From positions 108,171 to 128,170 of IMG/VR virus record IMGVR_UViG_3300044644_001243: a stretch of 20,000 bases of DNA; one strand, given 5' to 3'. The notes beneath the pieces were generated by a model, which saw only the letters and a program-made list of their open reading frames with translations, searched no databases and was not told where the DNA came from. Numbering within the stretch: position 1 is the stretch's first letter; each line of letters starts with the position of its first letter. Made by a program: the position numbers and the translations under genes. This DNA comes from an uncultured virus (IMG/VR IMGVR_UViG_3300044644_001243) (Duplodnaviria; Heunggongvirae; Uroviricota; Caudoviricetes). Shown piece by piece: positions 16,821 to 20,000 of the stretch.

Positions 16821-17705
16821 TTAGTAATTTAAAGCAAATTCCAAACTTGCTTGGTTCATATTGTAACCCGTTCCTTGTAACAAAGTTTCAACTTTACCAT
16901 TGTCACGTTTTGGTGCTGACAATTCGTGTGTAGTGTAATATGTAATTCCACTATGTAAACCCCACAACGTGTCACCTTTGCTATTCATTTCACGTTCAAT
17001 AGCGTTGTATAAAGCATCCATTTTGTTTATACTACGTGTAGACTTATCTGACAAGTCTTTTACACTTGTATACACTTTGTCAAACCCTAATAAGTGTTTA
17101 ACCATTTTGTGTGCCAAATCACGTGAAACTTGCGTACTTGCAAATTGATTGTAGATTTCAATTTGTCTTAATGATTCAGATAAAGCCGTTTCAATAAGGA
17201 AAGGAATTTCTTTGATTCTACGTTCCAAACTTGCCGTATGACGAAATTTAGATTGTCCACTTTTGTAGAACTTAAAAAATTGGTTACTGCAACTCATAGT
17301 TAAATCACCAATACCTACCGATAGACCCGTACTGCCGTCATTACTATCCACGATAGTAATATACTTCTTAATAGTGTCACCATTAACTTTGCCGTCACCA
17401 TTGATAGCAAGTTGTAAAAACACTTTGCGTCCACCATTCAACGCACCACCTTTGGTAACTTGAATATCGTTTCCGAAAGGTTCAATTCCACGCATAACCA
17501 ACTCAACAACCTCTTCGTTTTGAGATACCGTATAACCCTCTTTTACGGTGTTAATCACTTCATTCGTGCTTGAATTAATCAAACCGAAATACTCACTTGG
17601 TACATAGATACCATTAGAATTTAAAGCCATCATAGGTGCTTTTTCAATTGTAAAATCTAATCCATTAGACTTTAAAATTTCTTGTACTTTTTCTTGTGTG
17701 TTCAT
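16821..17705 (-). CDS. DUF932 (phage/plasmid-like, TIGR03299-related) protein
   Basis: GLDFTIEK..Y.VSQNEE..GALNGGRKVF..SNDGS..CSNQ..RHT..GDTLWGL..IT.Y..H pattern. Confidence 0.85.
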   Translation of the reverse strand: MNTQEKVQEILKSNGLDFTIEKAPMMALNSNGIYVPSEYFGLINSSTNEVINTVKEGYTVSQNEEVVELVMRGIEPFGNDIQVTKGGALNGGRKVFLQLAINGDGKVNGDTIKKYITIVDSNDGSTGLSVGIGDLTMSCSNQFFKFYKSGQSKFRHTASLERRIKEIPFLIETALSESLRQIEIYNQFASTQVSRDLAHKMVKHLLGFDKVYTSVKDLSDKSTRSINKMDALYNAIEREMNSKGDTLWGLHSGITYYTTHELSAPKRDNGKVETLLQGTGYNMNQASLEFALNY

Positions 17706-17876
17706 CTTATTTGTTTTTTAGATTATTAATACATTACAAATGTAACGCTTTTTTTTTAATTTCCAAACTTTTTATATAAAATAATGAAAAAAAAATTATT
17801 TTTATTTTTAATCACTTTTTTCTTGCATATCTAATTTATTATTTCTACATTTGTATTGTAGATGATTGATAATCGA

Positions 17877-17915
17877 TACGTGCCGTGGGAATGGAAGACT
17901 AGACTCCGTCACGTC
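17877..17915 (+). ncRNA. repeat sRNA motif, copy 7
   Basis: TACGTG-CCGT-GGGA-ATGG-AAGACTAGACTCC-GTCACGTC; promoter TACATTTG at 17846-17853. Confidence 0.7.
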
Positions 17916-17947
17916 CATATAAAAAAAATAAAAATTAAAAACAAAAA

Positions 17948-17968
17948 CCCCTACTATTTTAGTAGGGG
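17948..17968. terminator. bidirectional intrinsic terminator
   Basis: CCCCTACTA-TTT-TAGTAGGGG flanked by A- and T-rich tracts. Confidence 0.75.
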
Positions 17969-17976
17969 ATAATTTT

Positions 17977-18336
17977 TTAACATTCTGCGTCAAAACGACA
18001 AGCACCATTTTCTTTTATACAATCCCTTATTTGTATACCCAAACATAAATCTGCGTAATCACTTAATTCACTTGTGGTAATATTTGCCTCTGCCAACATA
18101 CTATCATTGTAACCATTGTTTGTTCTAAAAAAGTCTTCTATGACTTTTATTTGTTCACCCAAACTTTGCTCAATATTAGCAATTTCTTCTTCCACACCTT
18201 CTAAATCACTTTCTTCGTAATAGTACTCTAATATGTTTGGTTGTTGTCCACTTACACCAAACCTATCTGCACAATCCGAAGATTGTAGTGCAAACCAAAA
18301 CTTTCCTTCAATGTCACCCGAATAATAACGTCCCAT
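17977..18336 (-). CDS. conserved-type phage protein (119 aa; MGRYYSGDIEGKFWF motif)
   Basis: ORF; promoter at 18368-18375. Confidence 0.9.
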   Translation of the reverse strand: MGRYYSGDIEGKFWFALQSSDCADRFGVSGQQPNILEYYYEESDLEGVEEEIANIEQSLGEQIKVIEDFFRTNNGYNDSMLAEANITTSELSDYADLCLGIQIRDCIKENGACRFDAEC

Positions 18337-18436
18337 AATTTATTTTATTTAATTGATTAATACATTACAAATATAAACATTCTTTTTTAATTTCCTACTA
18401 CTTTATATAAAAAGTTTTAAAAAAAATTACCCTACA

Positions 18437-19153
18437 TTAATGTAGGATAATTTCTATACTTTTATTTGTTTTAGTTCCTAACTTTCCACTACATAAATTA
18501 CAAGCACTACAACTCGACTTATAACCCATTTCTTTACTCGCTGGGCAACCAACATACCCTAACTTATTTTCAGTTGCTACAAACGACCTATAACCTAAAA
18601 TTTCAGCACTTTGTTGCTCACTTGTTGTATGCGTACTTGCCATAAAATAATCACCTAAATTAGTTTTATTCCATTGGTGCGTATAACCCGTCCAATTGTC
18701 GCATACTTTTACCATAGAACGAATTAATTCAATTGGGTGCAAACTTGGTTCACCATACGTTCCGAAACGTACATAAGTACCTTTGCTCATTTTGGTAACT
18801 TTGTCTAACATTGAAATATCAAAGTTAGGTATATTGTCTATACTACCAAACTTTCTAAATACACTTTTTAAAGATGAAATAAAACCAACGTATTGATTAA
18901 ATTTATGTGTATAACATTTGCCATAAGAATTGAAAGGACAATCCAAACAATTGCTATCTGCGTTACTAAAAAAGTTTTTCATGCCAATTGCTTCATTCGT
19001 TTCAAAACGTTTCTTAACTAACTCAAATTGCTTATAAGAAAACGTGTACGTTTGTACTATCTTACGTTTCTTATTAGATTCAATTTTGTCATTCTTTGTT
19101 GTTGCTAACGTAACAACTTGAATAGTGTCTTTGTGTTTAAATACCAAACTCAT
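18437..19153 (-). CDS. Cys-rich putative Fe-S protein, GP88/radical-SAM-like (238 aa)
   Basis: CxxCP..CY, VRFGTYGEP, WTGYTHQW, CPAS..CxxCxLC; the family call is tentative. Confidence 0.6.
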   Translation of the reverse strand: MSLVFKHKDTIQVVTLATTKNDKIESNKKRKIVQTYTFSYKQFELVKKRFETNEAIGMKNFFSNADSNCLDCPFNSYGKCYTHKFNQYVGFISSLKSVFRKFGSIDNIPNFDISMLDKVTKMSKGTYVRFGTYGEPSLHPIELIRSMVKVCDNWTGYTHQWNKTNLGDYFMASTHTTSEQQSAEILGYRSFVATENKLGYVGCPASKEMGYKSSCSACNLCSGKLGTKTNKSIEIILH

Positions 19154-19366
19154 ATGTAATTGTTTTAATTGATTAATACCCTACAAAGATATATAAACTT
19201 TTTTAATATCCTACTACTTTATAAAAAATAATTAAAAAAAATTTTAATACCACTATTCTATAAATGTACACGTGTACATATGTGCGTGTGTAATATAATA
19301 AAAAAATAATTAATAAAAAAATTTTTTTTATTAGGATATTAAATTTATTATACCTACATTTGTATT

Positions 19367-19427
19367 GTAGGTTTGAAAGAGATACGTGCTGACTTAACAA
19401 GTTTCAGAAGAGTAGACTCCAACCTAC
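19367..19427 (+). ncRNA. repeat sRNA motif, copy 8
   Basis: TACGTG-CTGA..TCAG-AAGAGTAGACTCC; 5' GTAGGTT pairs with 3' AACCTAC; promoter TACATTTG at 19355-19362. Confidence 0.7.
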
Positions 19428-19451
19428 CCTAAACTTTTTTTAACAACCCTT

Positions 19452-19470
19452 ATTTAGAATGATTATAAAT
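19452..19470. promoter_or_regulatory. Fur-box-like imperfect palindrome
   Basis: ATTTAGAATGATTATAAAT, 10 nt upstream of a plus-strand promoter. Confidence 0.5.
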
Positions 19471-19480
19471 TGCAAAAAAG

Positions 19481-19512
19481 TTTGGTAGATTAAAATATTA
19501 TGCTTACATTTG
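19481..19512 (+). promoter_or_regulatory. sigma70 promoter, plus strand
   Basis: TTTG 19481-19484, 20-nt spacer, TACATTTG 19505-19512. Confidence 0.7.
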
Positions 19513-19699
19513 TATACTGAAATTTAAATATTAATTTTAACGCTTATGACAAAGTGAAATTTGACATATTATATTTGCACACCCTTTCCACGAGATTTGG
19601 TGCATAAATTTATACCCTTACTTTTTTAAGTAGGGGCAATAACTTGTGCCAATATTTTTACTGGGCTGGGCTGACTTACTATGCACGTTTTTGTGGTAA

Positions 19700-19715
19700 T
19701 GTTCCACGTGAAACA
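19700..19715. other. parS: parS centromere-like site
   Basis: TGTTCCACGTGAAACA matches the bacterial parS consensus TGTTNCACGTGAAACA, in non-coding DNA. Confidence 0.75.
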
Positions 19716-19967
19716 TTGTGTCCGTAAATTTCGGCTGAAAAAGTGGTTGCGTGTTTTTAAAGGGCATAAAGGTTTCTTTAACTTATTTTCCCCTATGGAA
19801 AATCTATGTCCATACCCTATTTTTAGGTAAAAAACGCCATTTACTAATTCTTTGTACCATTTACTTACACTATTTACCACTTTTTACCACAAAAACCCGT
19901 TTTTTGGCTCAAAATCGCCACATAATATTTGCGTGCTAATGTAGGTACAAATAAGTACGTCATATCC

Positions 19968-19993
19968 ATACCTTGTACAGAAATCTGTACAAG
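19968..19993. repeat. palindrome and inverted-repeat partner of 4210-4232
   Basis: CTTGTACAGA-AA-TCTGTACAAG (10-bp arms). Confidence 0.85.
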
Positions 19994-20000
19994 TTGTACT

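Noticed and set aside
856..19427. Repeats as a CRISPR array or integron attC sites
   Set aside because: Copies are kilobases apart and do not flank every gene. There is no repeat-spacer periodicity, no cas or integrase gene, and no RYYYAAC/GTTRRRY ends.

Overview
AT-rich phage-like DNA, most likely the early or host-takeover region of a large Bacteroidota (probably Flavobacteriia) phage. About 42 mostly short genes all lie on the minus strand. Most have their own Bacteroidota sigma70 promoter (TTTG-N19-21-TAnnTTTG) and an A-rich leader with no Shine-Dalgarno. Recognisable products are a 3D-domain protein, a DUF1281/YubB-like protein, a SprT-like metalloprotease, a DUF932 protein, zinc-ribbon proteins and a Cys-rich GP88/radical-SAM-like candidate; the rest are hypothetical. 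The most interesting content is non-coding. (1) Eight dispersed copies of a plus-strand structured motif, ACGKG-[covarying stem with mostly GNRA loop]-AAGASTAGACTCCRWC. Each copy follows its own plus-strand promoter, back-to-back with a minus-strand gene promoter, which suggests a multicopy small-RNA family. (2) Promoter cassettes whose spacer is a covarying hairpin, apparently a fused terminator and promoter. (3) A ~230-nt multibranch ncRNA candidate behind a Fur-box-like site. (4) A consensus parS site. (5) A 23-bp inverted repeat with copies ~15.8 kb apart. All calls were made by eye; no database searches were run.
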